The notes: generated by a model from the sequence alone, not told the origin. Numbered from the stretch's first letter, positions 25,549-35,898 are shown. The stretch: DNA of 64,000 nucleotides from Alphaproteobacteria bacterium (GCA_963555825.3 CAUVXB020000001.1:1024001-1088000); one strand, 5' to 3'. Numbers and translations are program-made.

Positions 25549-27960
25549 TTAGCCCCCACGCCCGCCCAGGCAAGCCGCCGCCGCGGCGTCGAGGATGGCG
25601 TCGACGTCGAGGCGGTAGTGGCGGTAGAGGTCGGGCAGGTCGCCCGACTGGCCGAAATGCTCGACGCCCAGGGGGTGAACGCGATGACCGCGCACCGCAC
25701 CGAGCCAGCCCAAGCCCGCCGGGTGGCCGTCGAGCACGGTGACCAGCGCGGCGCTGGGGGCGAGCGGCGCGAGCAGCGCCTCGACCTCGGCGCGGGCATC
25801 CCCGGTGCCGGCCTGGCGCGCGCGTTCGGCGGCGTGCCAGCCGGCGTTGAGGCGGTCGGCGGAGGTCACGGCCAAGAGGCCGGCGTCGGGCACGTCCTCG
25901 ACGATCTGGCGGTGCGCCTCGATCGCCTCGGGCGCAACGGCGCCCGAAAACGCGATGGCGAGTTCGGCGCCCGGCCCCGGTGGCACCAGCCAATAGCCGC
26001 CGTCGATGATGCCGCGCTTGAACGCTTCGCTCGGCGCGCGGTCGGGCTGGTCGAGCGGACGCGTCGAGAGCCGCAGGTAGACCGAGCCACCCTCCCGGTC
26101 GCGCAACCAAGCGGTGTCGGTGGCGCCCGAGCCATCGCGCTGCAGGTAATCGAAGGCCCAGGCCAGGATGACCGAGAGTTCATCGACGAAAGCCGGTTCG
26201 AACGCCGCGAGGCCGTCCTGCGCCATGCCGATCAGCGGCGTGCCGATCGACTGATGCGCGCCGCCCTCGGGCGCCAGCGTCACGCCCGACGGCGTCGCCA
26301 CGACGATGAACCGGGCGTCCTGGTAGCAGGCGTAGTTGAGCGCATCGAGGCCGCGCTGGATGAACGGATCGTACAGCGTGCCGATCGGCAGCAGCCGCGC
26401 GCCGAACAGCGAATGCGACAAGCCGAGCGCGCCGAGCAGCAGGAACAGGTTGTTCTCGGCGATGCCGAGTTCGATGTGCTGGCCTTTGGGCGACATCGCC
26501 CAACGCTGCGCCGAGACGACCTTCTCCTCGCGGAAGACGTCGTCGCGCGGCGTGCGGTTGAAGATTCCGCGCCGGTTGACCCAACCGCCCAGGTTGGTCG
26601 AGACGGTGACGTCGGGCGAGGTCGTGACGATGCGGTCGGCGAGTTCGCTTTCGCCGCGCCCGAGATCGGCGAGGATGCGGCCGAAACCCTCCTGGGTCGA
26701 CATGGTCGCGGCGCTCGGCATCGGGAAATCCGCCGGCAAGGCGATCCGTGGCGCGGCGGCGCTTCGTTGCTCCCTGGCGGCGAACGGTACTTGGGCGATG
26801 AACGCTTCGAGTTCGTCCGCCGGCCGATCGAGCGCCGCCAGACGGTCCCATTCGGCGCCGTCGGTGATCTCGTTTTGGCGCTTGAATTCGGCCATCTGGT
26901 CGGGGTTCATCAGGCCGGCGTGATTGTCCTTGTGGCCCGCGAAGGGCAGCCCGAAGCCCTTGATGGTATAGGCGATGAAGCAGGTCGGCAAATCGTCGTC
27001 GACCGCATGGAAGGCCTCGAGCACGCTCACCATGTCCTGGCCCGCCAGGTTGGTCATCAGCGCGTGCAGCGCGTCGTCGTCGTGCTCGTCGAGCAGCGCC
27101 GCCATGCCGCGCACGCCGCCGAGGTCGGCGGTAAGATGCTTGCGCCACGCCGCGCCGCCCTGGAACACGAGCGCCGAGTAGAGCGAGTTCGGGCAGTCGT
27201 CGATCCACTGGCGCAGCGCCTTGCCGCCGGGCCGCTTGAAGGCGGCCTGCAGCCGCGTGCCATACTTCAGGGTAACGACGCGCCAGCCCATGTTGCGGAA
27301 GATTTCGTCGATGCGCCCGAACAATCGGTCGGTGACCACCGCGTCGAGGCTCTGGCGGTTGTAGTCGATGACCCACCAGACGTTGCGCACGTCCTGCTTC
27401 CAGCCCTCGAACAGCGCCTCGAAGATGTTGCCCTCGTCGAGTTCGCCGTCGCCGACCAGCGCGACCATGCGGCCCGGCGCAATGTCGTCGCCCAGCCAGC
27501 CCTTGAGCCGGACGTAGTCCTGCACCAGGCTGGCGAAGCTGGTCAGCGCGACGCCGAGACCGACCGAGCCGGTCGAGATGTCGACGTCGTCGGTGTCCTT
27601 GGTGCGCGACGGGTAGGACTGCGCCCCGCCGAATGCGCGGAATGCCTCGAGCTTGGCGCGCGTCTGCCGGCCGAAGAGATACTGGATGGCGTGGAACACC
27701 GGGCTCGCGTGGGGCTTGACCGCGACCCGATCCTCGGGCCTCAGCACATCGAAATAGAGCGCCGTCATCAGCGTCGTCAGCGAGGCGCAGGACGCCTGGT
27801 GGCCGCCGACCTTGAGGCCGTCGCGCGACGGCCGGATATGGTTGGCGTTGTGGATCATCCACGACGCCAGCCACAGCACCTTGCGCTCCAGCGCATTAAG
27901 GCAGGCGAGGCGATGTGCGTTCGTCGCCGCCTGTTGCTTGGCCGTGCTCGCTGCCGTCAT
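25549..27960 (-). CDS. homodimeric AceE/MdeB-like 2-oxoacid dehydrogenase E1 (transketolase superfamily, ThDP-dependent)
   Basis: VGGHQASCAS, STGSVGLG, GDGELDEG...IDYNRQSLD ThDP motif, GIAENN, TLAPEGGAHQS; strong RBS before ATG 27960. Confidence 0.85.
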   Translation of the reverse strand: MTAASTAKQQAATNAHRLACLNALERKVLWLASWMIHNANHIRPSRDGLKVGGHQASCASLTTLMTALYFDVLRPEDRVAVKPHASPVFHAIQYLFGRQTRAKLEAFRAFGGAQSYPSRTKDTDDVDISTGSVGLGVALTSFASLVQDYVRLKGWLGDDIAPGRMVALVGDGELDEGNIFEALFEGWKQDVRNVWWVIDYNRQSLDAVVTDRLFGRIDEIFRNMGWRVVTLKYGTRLQAAFKRPGGKALRQWIDDCPNSLYSALVFQGGAAWRKHLTADLGGVRGMAALLDEHDDDALHALMTNLAGQDMVSVLEAFHAVDDDLPTCFIAYTIKGFGLPFAGHKDNHAGLMNPDQMAEFKRQNEITDGAEWDRLAALDRPADELEAFIAQVPFAAREQRSAAAPRIALPADFPMPSAATMSTQEGFGRILADLGRGESELADRIVTTSPDVTVSTNLGGWVNRRGIFNRTPRDDVFREEKVVSAQRWAMSPKGQHIELGIAENNLFLLLGALGLSHSLFGARLLPIGTLYDPFIQRGLDALNYACYQDARFIVVATPSGVTLAPEGGAHQSIGTPLIGMAQDGLAAFEPAFVDELSVILAWAFDYLQRDGSGATDTAWLRDREGGSVYLRLSTRPLDQPDRAPSEAFKRGIIDGGYWLVPPGPGAELAIAFSGAVAPEAIEAHRQIVEDVPDAGLLAVTSADRLNAGWHAAERARQAGTGDARAEVEALLAPLAPSAALVTVLDGHPAGLGWLGAVRGHRVHPLGVEHFGQSGDLPDLYRHYRLDVDAILDAAAAACLGGRGG

Positions 27961-28005
27961 CACCCCTCCCCCCGTCGACTTCGGCGACCCTATCACAGGT
28001 CCGCC

Positions 28006-29448
28006 TCAGCCCCCGCCGCAGGCCGCGCGTTCGCGGCGCGCCAGGCCGCGCACCGACGAGGCGGCGACGACCTTGCCCTCGTCGGAATAGGCCTCGTGGT
28101 TCTCTTCGATGTCGTCCAGCTTGTAGACGTAGTTGACCATCATGCCGGCCGACTGCGCGAGGCCCTTCACCGAGGGATCGCCGAGCCAGTTGATGCGCGC
28201 GATGCACGCGCCGTTCGACAGATGAAAGCGCACCACCGGGTCGAGTGGCCGGCCGTCGCCGCGCTTCTCTCGCAGCAGGTAGCGCGCGCACAGCTTCATC
28301 AGCGGCTGTTTCAAGAGCTGCGCCGTCCCCTCGCCCTCGTGCCACGGCATGTCGAGCAGCGCGCGCAACGCCCCGGCGCCGTCATCCACGCCGGTCTCGG
28401 CGACCAGCGCCTTGGCGTCGGCGTCGGTCAACAGGCCGGCGCCATCGGCCGCCAGCATGCCGTCGAGCCAGTGGCGGAAACCCGGCACCGGCGACAATGT
28501 GGCGAAGGTCTTGAGACCCTTGAGCTCGGCCGCCAGGTCGTCGACGACGCGCTTGATCAGGAAATCGCCGAAGCTGATGCCGGCGAGCCCGCGCTGGGCG
28601 TTCGAGATCGAATAGAAGATCGCCGTGTCGGCGTCCTGCGCGTCGATCGCCGGCGCCGACTGGTCGAGCAGCGCCGCGATGTTGCCGGCCATGCCGTCGA
28701 CCAGCGCGACCTCGACGAAGATCAACGGTTCGCTGGGCATTCTGGGATGGAAGAAGGCGAAGCAGCGGCGGTCCGGGTCGAGCCGGTTCTTCATGTCGTC
28801 CCACGAACGGATCTCGTGCACCGCCTCGTAGGCGATGAGCTTCTCCAACAGCGTCGCTGGCGCGTCCCAGGTGATGCGCTCGAGATCGAGGAAACCGATG
28901 TCGAACCACGAAGCAAGCAGGTCCCTGAGATCGGTCTCGAGCCGCCCCAGTGCGGCGTCGCCCTTGCCGAGCCGGATGATATCGGCGCGCAGGTCGACCA
29001 GGAACTTGACGCCCTCTGGCAACGCGTTGAAGCCGGTCAGCAGGCGTTGCCATGGCGGCAGAAGGGCGCGGCGCAGATCGGCTTCGGCGTGCTGACGCGC
29101 GGCCTCGTCGCCGGCCGCCTGAACCGCGGCGATGGCGGCGTCGACGGCCGCATGGTCGGCCGCGAACTCGCCCGCCAGCATGCCAAGGAAGCGCGCCCGG
29201 CCGGTGTCGTCGAGGGTCAGATAGACGCGCCCGAGATCGGCGGCGCGCGCCCGCGCCGAGACCTCGCCGCCGCGCCCTTCGAGGCAGGCGACGATCTGGC
29301 GCTTGAGCCGTGCGGCGTCGTCGTCGGGCAGGTCGGGGCGTACCGCGCCGGTCACCGCGACCCGCGTCGAGGCCGCGACATCACGCCACGCATCGCGCAA
29401 CTGCGAGAGCGTGCGGTCGATCAGGCCGGGCTTTTCCGTTCGAGCCAT
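28006..29448 (-). CDS. matA: malonyl-CoA decarboxylase
   Basis: YEAVHEIRSW, FFHPRMPSEPLIFVEVAL, FYSISNAQRGLAGISFG, TLSPVPGF, FHLSNGA. Confidence 0.92.
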   Translation of the reverse strand: MARTEKPGLIDRTLSQLRDAWRDVAASTRVAVTGAVRPDLPDDDAARLKRQIVACLEGRGGEVSARARAADLGRVYLTLDDTGRARFLGMLAGEFAADHAAVDAAIAAVQAAGDEAARQHAEADLRRALLPPWQRLLTGFNALPEGVKFLVDLRADIIRLGKGDAALGRLETDLRDLLASWFDIGFLDLERITWDAPATLLEKLIAYEAVHEIRSWDDMKNRLDPDRRCFAFFHPRMPSEPLIFVEVALVDGMAGNIAALLDQSAPAIDAQDADTAIFYSISNAQRGLAGISFGDFLIKRVVDDLAAELKGLKTFATLSPVPGFRHWLDGMLAADGAGLLTDADAKALVAETGVDDGAGALRALLDMPWHEGEGTAQLLKQPLMKLCARYLLREKRGDGRPLDPVVRFHLSNGACIARINWLGDPSVKGLAQSAGMMVNYVYKLDDIEENHEAYSDEGKVVAASSVRGLARRERAACGGG

Positions 29449-29462
29449 GGTCCTCATATTGG

Positions 29463-30935
29463 TTAGCCGGCGTCCGATGTCAGCGCCGCGAGCACGGCCG
29501 GCAGCGCTTCGCTCAAATCCTCGGCGATTAGGCCGGGACCGACATGCGTGGCGCAGGCGCCGTGCAGCCAGGCCGCGGCACAACCGGCGTCGAAGGCGCC
29601 CATGCTTTGCGCCATGAGCCCGAGAGCCAGCCCGGCGAGCACATCGCCCGCACCCGCGGTGGCGAGTTCGGGTGGCGCGTTGTCGTTGATCGCCGCGCGC
29701 CCATCCGGCGCCGCGATCACCGTGTCGGCGCCCTTCAGAAGCACCGCCGCGCCCGAGGTCTCGGCCGCCGCCCGGGCGCGCGCCACCTTGTCGCCGGCGA
29801 CGTCGAACAGGCGGCGGTATTCGCCATCGTGCGGTGTTAGCAAACAAGGCGAGAATATCGCCGTAAACAATTCATCCGGCTTATTTTTAAACACCGTGAG
29901 CGCATCGGCGTCCAGGACGCACGCCTTGCCCGCGGAAAGCGCCGCGAGCGTCTTTGCGCGGGTCTCCTCGGTGACGCCGCCGCCGGGGCCGAGCAGCACC
30001 GCGTTCTTGCGCGGATCGGCGATCAGGTCCGCGAAGGCATCGGCGTCTGCGGTCACGCGCGTCATGACGGCTTCGAGCGTCGTGGCATAGATCGGCAGCG
30101 CATCGGTCGGCGCCGCCACGGTGACCAGCCCGGCGCCCACCCTGAGCGCCGCGCGCGCGGCGAGCCGGGCCGCCCCCGTCGTCTCGACGCCGCCGCCGGC
30201 GACGATGGCGTGGCCGCGGCTGTATTTGTGGTCGCCCGCCGCCGGCCAGGGATAGCGCGTCAGCCACAAAGCGGGCGCATTGACGCAGCATATCGGGCCA
30301 ATGTCGTCGAGCACCGCCTCGGGGATGCCGATGTCGGCAACCACGACCTCGCCGCAAAGCGTCGGACCGGGCAGCAGCAGGTGACCGGGCTTGCGCCGGA
30401 AGAAGGTCACCGTCAGCGCGGCCGGCGCCGCGGCGCCCATGACCGCGCCGGTGTCGCCATGAACGCCGCTCGGTACATCGATGGCAACACTTGGCAATCG
30501 TCGCGCCGCGATCGCCTCGACCACCGCGCGTGGTACGCCGTCGAGCGGCCGGGTCAGCCCGGCGCCGAACAGGCCGTCGACCACCAGTTCGGCGTCGTCG
30601 AGCACGGCGAGGTCGAGCGCCACGACGGCGCCACGCCAGCGCCCGGCCATAACGGCCGCATCGCCCTTGAGGTTCTCGACGCTACCGAGCAGCGCGACGG
30701 TAACCGGCCAGCCGGCCGCGTCGAGCAGCCGCGCGACGACGAAACCGTCGCCGCCGTTGTTGCCGGGTCCGCAGAGGATCGCCACCGGACGCGGCGTCCA
30801 GCGCTCGAGGATCGCCCGCGCGATCGCGCCGCCGGCGTTCTCCATCAGCGTCTCGCCCGGGACGCCCGCGTCTATCGCCGCCTTGTCGGCGGCGTACATC
30901 TCGTCGACCGTCAGCAGCGCCGTGTCGCCGCTCAT
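29463..30935 (-). CDS. nnr: bifunctional NAD(P)HX epimerase/dehydratase
   Basis: YjeF_N motifs LMENAG and CGPGNNGGDG; kinase-like HKYSRG, LTPHDGE, ATAGAGDVLAG. Confidence 0.93.
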   Translation of the reverse strand: MSGDTALLTVDEMYAADKAAIDAGVPGETLMENAGGAIARAILERWTPRPVAILCGPGNNGGDGFVVARLLDAAGWPVTVALLGSVENLKGDAAVMAGRWRGAVVALDLAVLDDAELVVDGLFGAGLTRPLDGVPRAVVEAIAARRLPSVAIDVPSGVHGDTGAVMGAAAPAALTVTFFRRKPGHLLLPGPTLCGEVVVADIGIPEAVLDDIGPICCVNAPALWLTRYPWPAAGDHKYSRGHAIVAGGGVETTGAARLAARAALRVGAGLVTVAAPTDALPIYATTLEAVMTRVTADADAFADLIADPRKNAVLLGPGGGVTEETRAKTLAALSAGKACVLDADALTVFKNKPDELFTAIFSPCLLTPHDGEYRRLFDVAGDKVARARAAAETSGAAVLLKGADTVIAAPDGRAAINDNAPPELATAGAGDVLAGLALGLMAQSMGAFDAGCAAAWLHGACATHVGPGLIAEDLSEALPAVLAALTSDAG

Positions 30936-31639
30936 GCCCCGGCGCCGCGATAGAGGTTGACCCGCGTGCGGTGCTCGAAGACGAAGCCGTCGTCGGTACG
31001 GCCGGCCTCGAACAGGGCACGCACGGCGGGCGTGTCGACCGCCTCGCGACGGTGGTCGTTGTAGGATCGCTCGAGCGTCGGCACGAGGAAGGCATCGAAG
31101 TCGGCGTAGCGCACCGGCTGGGCGTAGCGGTGCTCGGACATCTCGGCGAAGCGGGGCGCGATACAGCGCGCCAGGGCCTGGCAGGCCAGCCGGCGCACCT
31201 CGGTCTCGTCGTGGAACGGGCGCATCAGCTCGGCATAGCTGCCCGCCATCACCGGCTCGGCGATATAGAGGAACCCGGCGCGCGGCTTGAGCACGCGCAG
31301 CGCCTCGGCGAGCGCCGCGTCCATCTCGGCGGGCGGCACGTGGTGCAGCGAGCATTTGAAGACGACGCCGTCGATCGATGCGTCGGCAGCGGGCATCGCC
31401 TGGCCGGGCGCCTTGGCGAAGGTGACGCCGGGCGTCTTCGGTGACGCGCGGTTCTTCGCCGCCTGGATCGGGTCGGGTTCGATGGCGAGCACCTCGGCGC
31501 CGCGTTCGGCGAGCGCGCGGCTGAAATCGCCGGCGCCGCAACCGACGTCGAGCAGCCGCAAGCTGCCGACCGCGCACAGGCGGTCGAACGCCTCGAGGTC
31601 GCTGCATTCGCCAAAGCTCTCGGGCGCCGGGGCCGTCAT
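30932..31639 (-). CDS. class I SAM-dependent methyltransferase
   Basis: LLDVGCGAG, SLHHV, RVLKP; GAGGAGGA RBS. Confidence 0.85.
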   Translation of the reverse strand: MTAPAPESFGECSDLEAFDRLCAVGSLRLLDVGCGAGDFSRALAERGAEVLAIEPDPIQAAKNRASPKTPGVTFAKAPGQAMPAADASIDGVVFKCSLHHVPPAEMDAALAEALRVLKPRAGFLYIAEPVMAGSYAELMRPFHDETEVRRLACQALARCIAPRFAEMSEHRYAQPVRYADFDAFLVPTLERSYNDHRREAVDTPAVRALFEAGRTDDGFVFEHRTRVNLYRGAGA

Positions 31640-31797
31640 GCTGTCCTCCTCCTCGTTCGGCGCGACCATAACGCCCCTCGCCCGCCCTTGTCGCGAGGTT
31701 AGTGCAGTCCTGGTATGACTTTAACGCGGGCTGTGAATTGCCGTGCCGCGGCGGTAGTATCCGGCCAACAGCGAACATCGAATATATGGAGACCATC

Positions 31798-33021
31798 ATG
31801 AGCCAGCCCGCCGAAGCCGGCGCCGCGCCCGCCCCCGCCAGCACCGCACGCGCGCCCTTCCAATGGGACGACCCGTTCTTCCTCGACGACCAGCTCACCG
31901 AGGACGAGCGCATGATCCGCGACACGACGCGCGATTATGCGCAGGAAAAGCTGATGCCGCGCATCCTCGAGGCCAACCGTCACGAGCTGTTCGACCGCGA
32001 CGTGATCACCGAGATGGGCCAGCTCGGCCTCTTGGGCTGCACACTCGAGGGCTATGGCTGCGCCGGCGTCAACTACGTCTCCTATGGGCTCATCGCGCGC
32101 GAGATCGAGCGCGTCGATTCGGCCTATCGCTCGGTCATGAGCGTGCAGTCGAGCCTGGTCATGTTCCCGATCCACGCCTATGGCTCCGAGGCGCACCGCG
32201 AGACCTACCTGCCGCGCCTGGCGGCGGGCGAGATCGTCGGCTGCTTCGGCCTGACCGAGCCCGACCACGGCTCCGACCCAGGCGGCATGACGACCCGCGC
32301 GCGCTCGGTCGATGGTGGCTTCCGGCTGTCGGGCGCCAAGATGTGGATCACCAATTCGCCGATCGCCGACGTCTTCGTCGTCTGGGCGAAAAACGACGAG
32401 GGTATCATTCGCGGCTACCTTCTCGAACGTGGCATGGAGGGCCTCTCGACGCCCAAGATCGAGGGCAAGTTCTCACTCCGCGCCTCGCCGACCGGCGAGG
32501 TCGTCATGGAGGACGTGTTCGTGCCGGCCGAGAACGAGCTGCCCGGCGTGGCGGGCCTCAAGGGGCCGTTCGGCTGCCTCAACAACGCGCGTTTCGGCAT
32601 CGGCTGGGGCGCGTTGGGCGCCGCCGAGTTCTGCTGGCACGCGGCGCGCAATTACACGGTCGATCGCAAACAGTTCGGCCGGCCGCTCGCCGCCAACCAG
32701 CTGATCCAGAAGAAGCTCGCCGACATGCAGACCGAGATTTCAATCGGCTTGCAGGCTTGTGTCCGGATGGGCCGGCTGCGCGACGAAGGCCGCTGCGCGC
32801 CCGAGCTGATCTCGCTGATCAAACGCAACTCCTGCGGCAAGTCACTCGACATCGCGCGCACCGCGCGCGACATGCACGGCGGCAACGGCGTGTCCGATGA
32901 ATTCCATGTCATCCGCCACGTCATGAACCTCGAGGCGGTCAACACCTACGAGGGCACCCACGACGTCCACGCGCTGATCCTGGGTCGCGCCCAGACCGGC
33001 ATCCAGGCGTTCACCGGCTAG
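31798..33021 (+). CDS. gcdH: glutaryl-CoA dehydrogenase
   Basis: [53 protein letters not shown]. Confidence 0.92.
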   Translation: MSQPAEAGAAPAPASTARAPFQWDDPFFLDDQLTEDERMIRDTTRDYAQEKLMPRILEANRHELFDRDVITEMGQLGLLGCTLEGYGCAGVNYVSYGLIAREIERVDSAYRSVMSVQSSLVMFPIHAYGSEAHRETYLPRLAAGEIVGCFGLTEPDHGSDPGGMTTRARSVDGGFRLSGAKMWITNSPIADVFVVWAKNDEGIIRGYLLERGMEGLSTPKIEGKFSLRASPTGEVVMEDVFVPAENELPGVAGLKGPFGCLNNARFGIGWGALGAAEFCWHAARNYTVDRKQFGRPLAANQLIQKKLADMQTEISIGLQACVRMGRLRDEGRCAPELISLIKRNSCGKSLDIARTARDMHGGNGVSDEFHVIRHVMNLEAVNTYEGTHDVHALILGRAQTGIQAFTG

Positions 33022-33024
33022 ATC

Positions 33025-33504
33025 ATGTCTCCCTTCCGGGTCCGCCGGGCGCGCCGCACCGACGTGCCGGCGGTCGTCGAGATGGCGCGCGCGCTGGCCG
33101 TTTGGCTGGGCAACAAGAAGCCGGCGATTACCGCCGAGAAGCTCACCCGCAACGCTTTCGGCCGCGCACGCTGGTGCACCTGCCTGGTCGCGACGCTGGG
33201 CGGCGAGCCGGTCGGCTATGCGATCTACTGCCCGACCTTCGAGGGCCACGTCGGCAACCGCCAGATCTATTTGTCGGACCTATACGTCCGGCCCGAGGCG
33301 CGCGGCTCGGGCGCCGGCCGCGCCCTGATGAAGGCGGTCGCCCGTGTTGCGGTCGCCAACGATTGCGTCGCCGTGATCTGGGAGCTGTGGAACGAGAACG
33401 CGCTCGCCCGTGACGTCTACGAGAAGCTCGGCGGCTGGGTCGCCGAGGACGTCAACCCGATGCGCCTCGACTCATCCGCGCTCGGGGCCATGGCGAAGGA
33501 CTAG
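33025..33504 (+). CDS. GNAT family N-acetyltransferase (SSAT-like)
   Basis: [26 protein letters not shown]. Confidence 0.85.
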   Translation: MSPFRVRRARRTDVPAVVEMARALAVWLGNKKPAITAEKLTRNAFGRARWCTCLVATLGGEPVGYAIYCPTFEGHVGNRQIYLSDLYVRPEARGSGAGRALMKAVARVAVANDCVAVIWELWNENALARDVYEKLGGWVAEDVNPMRLDSSALGAMAKD

Positions 33505-33810
33505 CCCGGCTTTCTCACCAAGGATAGGTGCGGCACGGCGGATATCGGTCGACAGGCTAGGAAAAGCGCGCGGCGCGATGCTTGCGCATCGGGCAAGCGC
33601 TTTGACGCGGTCCTGTCGTCCGAGATCCGCCGCCCTTAAGGGTCCGCGCCGGGCGGGCCGCCTGCGGCGTCGAAGGCCTTGCGCGTAGCCCCGGCTACGC
33701 GCGGCGGCCTTCTCCTGGCGGCTCGGCGACGCCGATCGTCCTGGTAGCCAGCCAAGCACTGGCCGCCCGACGCGATGACGCGCCTGTCCTTGGTGAGAAA
33801 TCCGGGCTAG
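33501..33810. mobile_element. 310-bp non-autonomous MITE-like element with CTAG ends
   Basis: 35-bp terminal inverted repeats at 33501-33535 and 33776-33810 (31/35 match, CTAGCCCGG(C/A)TTTCTCACCAAGGA...); internal hairpins; no credible ORF. Confidence 0.8.
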
Positions 33811-35129
33811 CCAGCCAAGCACTCGCCGATCGCCTGGTCGAGGATGGCGAGGCCTTCGTCGAGTTCGGCCTCGGCGATGGTCAGCGGCGGCGCGATGCGC
33901 CAGACGCTGGCCGCGCTCCGGTAGCCGCTGATGTTCATGCTGAGGCCCAGCTCGAGGCAGCGGTCGGTGATGCGCGCGCCGAGCTCGTGATCGGGCTCGC
34001 GCGTCTTGCGGTCGCGGACGATTTCGACGCCCCACATCAACCCGGTGCCGCGCAGATCGCCGATCACCTCGTAACGCTGCATCAGGTCACTCAGGCCAGC
34101 GCCCAAGCGTTCGCCCAGTTCGGCGGCGCGCTCGACCAGGCGCTCGCGCGCGATGACCTCGAGCACGGCGAGCCCGGCCGACGCCGGCAGCGGGTCCGAG
34201 ACATGCGAGGTCAGATGCCCGAAGCCCTTGGCGTGGCAATCCTCTTCGATGTCGGCACTGGTCACCGTCGCCGACAGCGGCAGGCCGCCGCCGAGCGTCT
34301 TCGACAGCGTCAGGATGTCGGGCACGACGCCGGCGAGGTCGAAGCCGAAGCGCGTGCCGAGACGCCCGAGTCCGGTCTGCGCCTCGTCGAGGATCAGCAG
34401 CATGCCGCGCGCCTCGCACAGTTCCTTGAGGCGCGGGAAGTAGCCCGGCGGCGGCACGATGATGCCGCCCGCCGACAGCACCGGCTCGGCGATCGCCGCG
34501 GCCAGCGCGCCGGTCGACTGGGTGTCGACCATCGCGAAGCCGGTCTCCAGACAGGTCAGGTCGCAGCGCTCGGTGCAGTGGCGGATCGGGCAGTGGTAGG
34601 CGTTCGGCGTCGGCAGCGCCATGGCGCCCGGCAGGCCCGGGCCATAGCCGCGGCGCGGCCGCGAATAGGTGCTCGAGCCGGCGCCCGCCGTCAACCCGTG
34701 ATACGAACCGGCGAGACCGACGACCTCGTATCCACCGGTCGCGATGCGCGCCATGCGCAACGCCGCCTCGTTCGATTCGCCGCCCGTGTTGAGCAGCATG
34801 ACCTTCTGCAACTTGGGCGGCAGCAGCGCCGCGAGTTCGCGGCACAGCTCGACCGTCTCGGGCGCCAGCATCCAGCTGAACAGATGCATGACGCGCTTGC
34901 CGCTCGCACTGAGCGCGGCGACGATCGCCGGGTGATTGTGGCCGATCGTCGCGCACATCTGGCCCGACGTGAAATCGAGAATCCTGCGCCCCGAGTCGTC
35001 CCAGATATAGCTCCCATCGCCGCGCTCGATGAAGAACGGGAAGAAGTCGCCGGCGTAACGGATCATGTGATCGTCGACCGCCGCCTGTAACTCGGCGCGG
35101 CGCGCCTGCCAGCCTTCCGTCGCTGTCAC
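33807..35129 (-). CDS. class III PLP aminotransferase, 2,2-dialkylglycine decarboxylase-like
   Basis: LDFTSGQM, TGGESNEAA, AEPVLSAGG, LILDEAQTG, LTLSKTLG, HVSDPLPA, RIAPPL resemble the DGD subfamily; GTG start. Confidence 0.8.
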   Translation of the reverse strand: MTATEGWQARRAELQAAVDDHMIRYAGDFFPFFIERGDGSYIWDDSGRRILDFTSGQMCATIGHNHPAIVAALSASGKRVMHLFSWMLAPETVELCRELAALLPPKLQKVMLLNTGGESNEAALRMARIATGGYEVVGLAGSYHGLTAGAGSSTYSRPRRGYGPGLPGAMALPTPNAYHCPIRHCTERCDLTCLETGFAMVDTQSTGALAAAIAEPVLSAGGIIVPPPGYFPRLKELCEARGMLLILDEAQTGLGRLGTRFGFDLAGVVPDILTLSKTLGGGLPLSATVTSADIEEDCHAKGFGHLTSHVSDPLPASAGLAVLEVIARERLVERAAELGERLGAGLSDLMQRYEVIGDLRGTGLMWGVEIVRDRKTREPDHELGARITDRCLELGLSMNISGYRSAASVWRIAPPLTIAEAELDEGLAILDQAIGECLAG

Positions 35130-35139
35130 GGCGATTCCC

Positions 35140-35898
35140 TCATGCCGCGGTGACGCCGCCGTCGGCGAACAGCGCCGAGCCGGTGATGAAGGTCGCATCG
35201 TCCGAGGCCAGGAAGGTGATCGCGCCGGCGATCTCGTCGGGCGTGCCGATGCGGCCCATGGGCGTCTCCTCGGCGATTTCCTTGAGCCTTTCCTCAGGGT
35301 TGTCGCGGTGGCCGACGAGCAGCGGCGTGTCGACCGGGCCGGGGCAGATTGCGTTGACGCGGATGCCCTCGCGCGCGTGGTCGATCGCCATGGCGCGGGT
35401 GAACTGCAGCACCGCGCCCTTGCTGGCGGCATAGGCGGCATTGTTGCGCGGCGCCGTGATTGCGAGCTCGGAAGCGGTGTTGACGATGACCCCGCCACCC
35501 TGGCGCTTCATGATCGGCAGCGCCCGGCGGCTCAGGAAGAACATCGCATCGAGATTGACCGCGAAGGTCAGCCGCCAATCCTCGTCGGACATCGTCTCGA
35601 CCGTTCCGCGGCGGCTGATGCCGGCATTGTTGACCAGCACGTCGAGGCACCCGAAGCGCGCCACGGTCTGGTCGATCGCCTCGTCGCAAAACGGGCGCAG
35701 GGCGAGATCGCCTTGCAGGTACGCCGCCTCGCCGCCGCCCGCCGCGATGTCGTCGACCACCGCGCGACACCCTTCCTCGTCCAGAGCACAGACCATGATG
35801 ACCCGGCCGCCCTCGGCGCCGAAGCGGCGCGCCGTGGCGGCGCCGATGCCCGAGCTCGCGCCGGTGATCAGGATTGTCTTGCCGTCGAACCGCGCCAT
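35140..35898 (-). CDS. short-chain dehydrogenase/reductase
   Basis: TGASSGIG, NNAG, YAASK, ICPGPVDTP. Confidence 0.9.
   Translation of the reverse strand: MARFDGKTILITGASSGIGAATARRFGAEGGRVIMVCALDEEGCRAVVDDIAAGGGEAAYLQGDLALRPFCDEAIDQTVARFGCLDVLVNNAGISRRGTVETMSDEDWRLTFAVNLDAMFFLSRRALPIMKRQGGGVIVNTASELAITAPRNNAAYAASKGAVLQFTRAMAIDHAREGIRVNAICPGPVDTPLLVGHRDNPEERLKEIAEETPMGRIGTPDEIAGAITFLASDDATFITGSALFADGGVTAA

Noticed and set aside
25618-29466. 1282-aa plus-strand ORF, and similar long ORFs at 6914-8890, 48323-50365 and 58310-60022
   Set aside because: Antisense shadow frames of real genes, expected at high GC; no recognisable motifs
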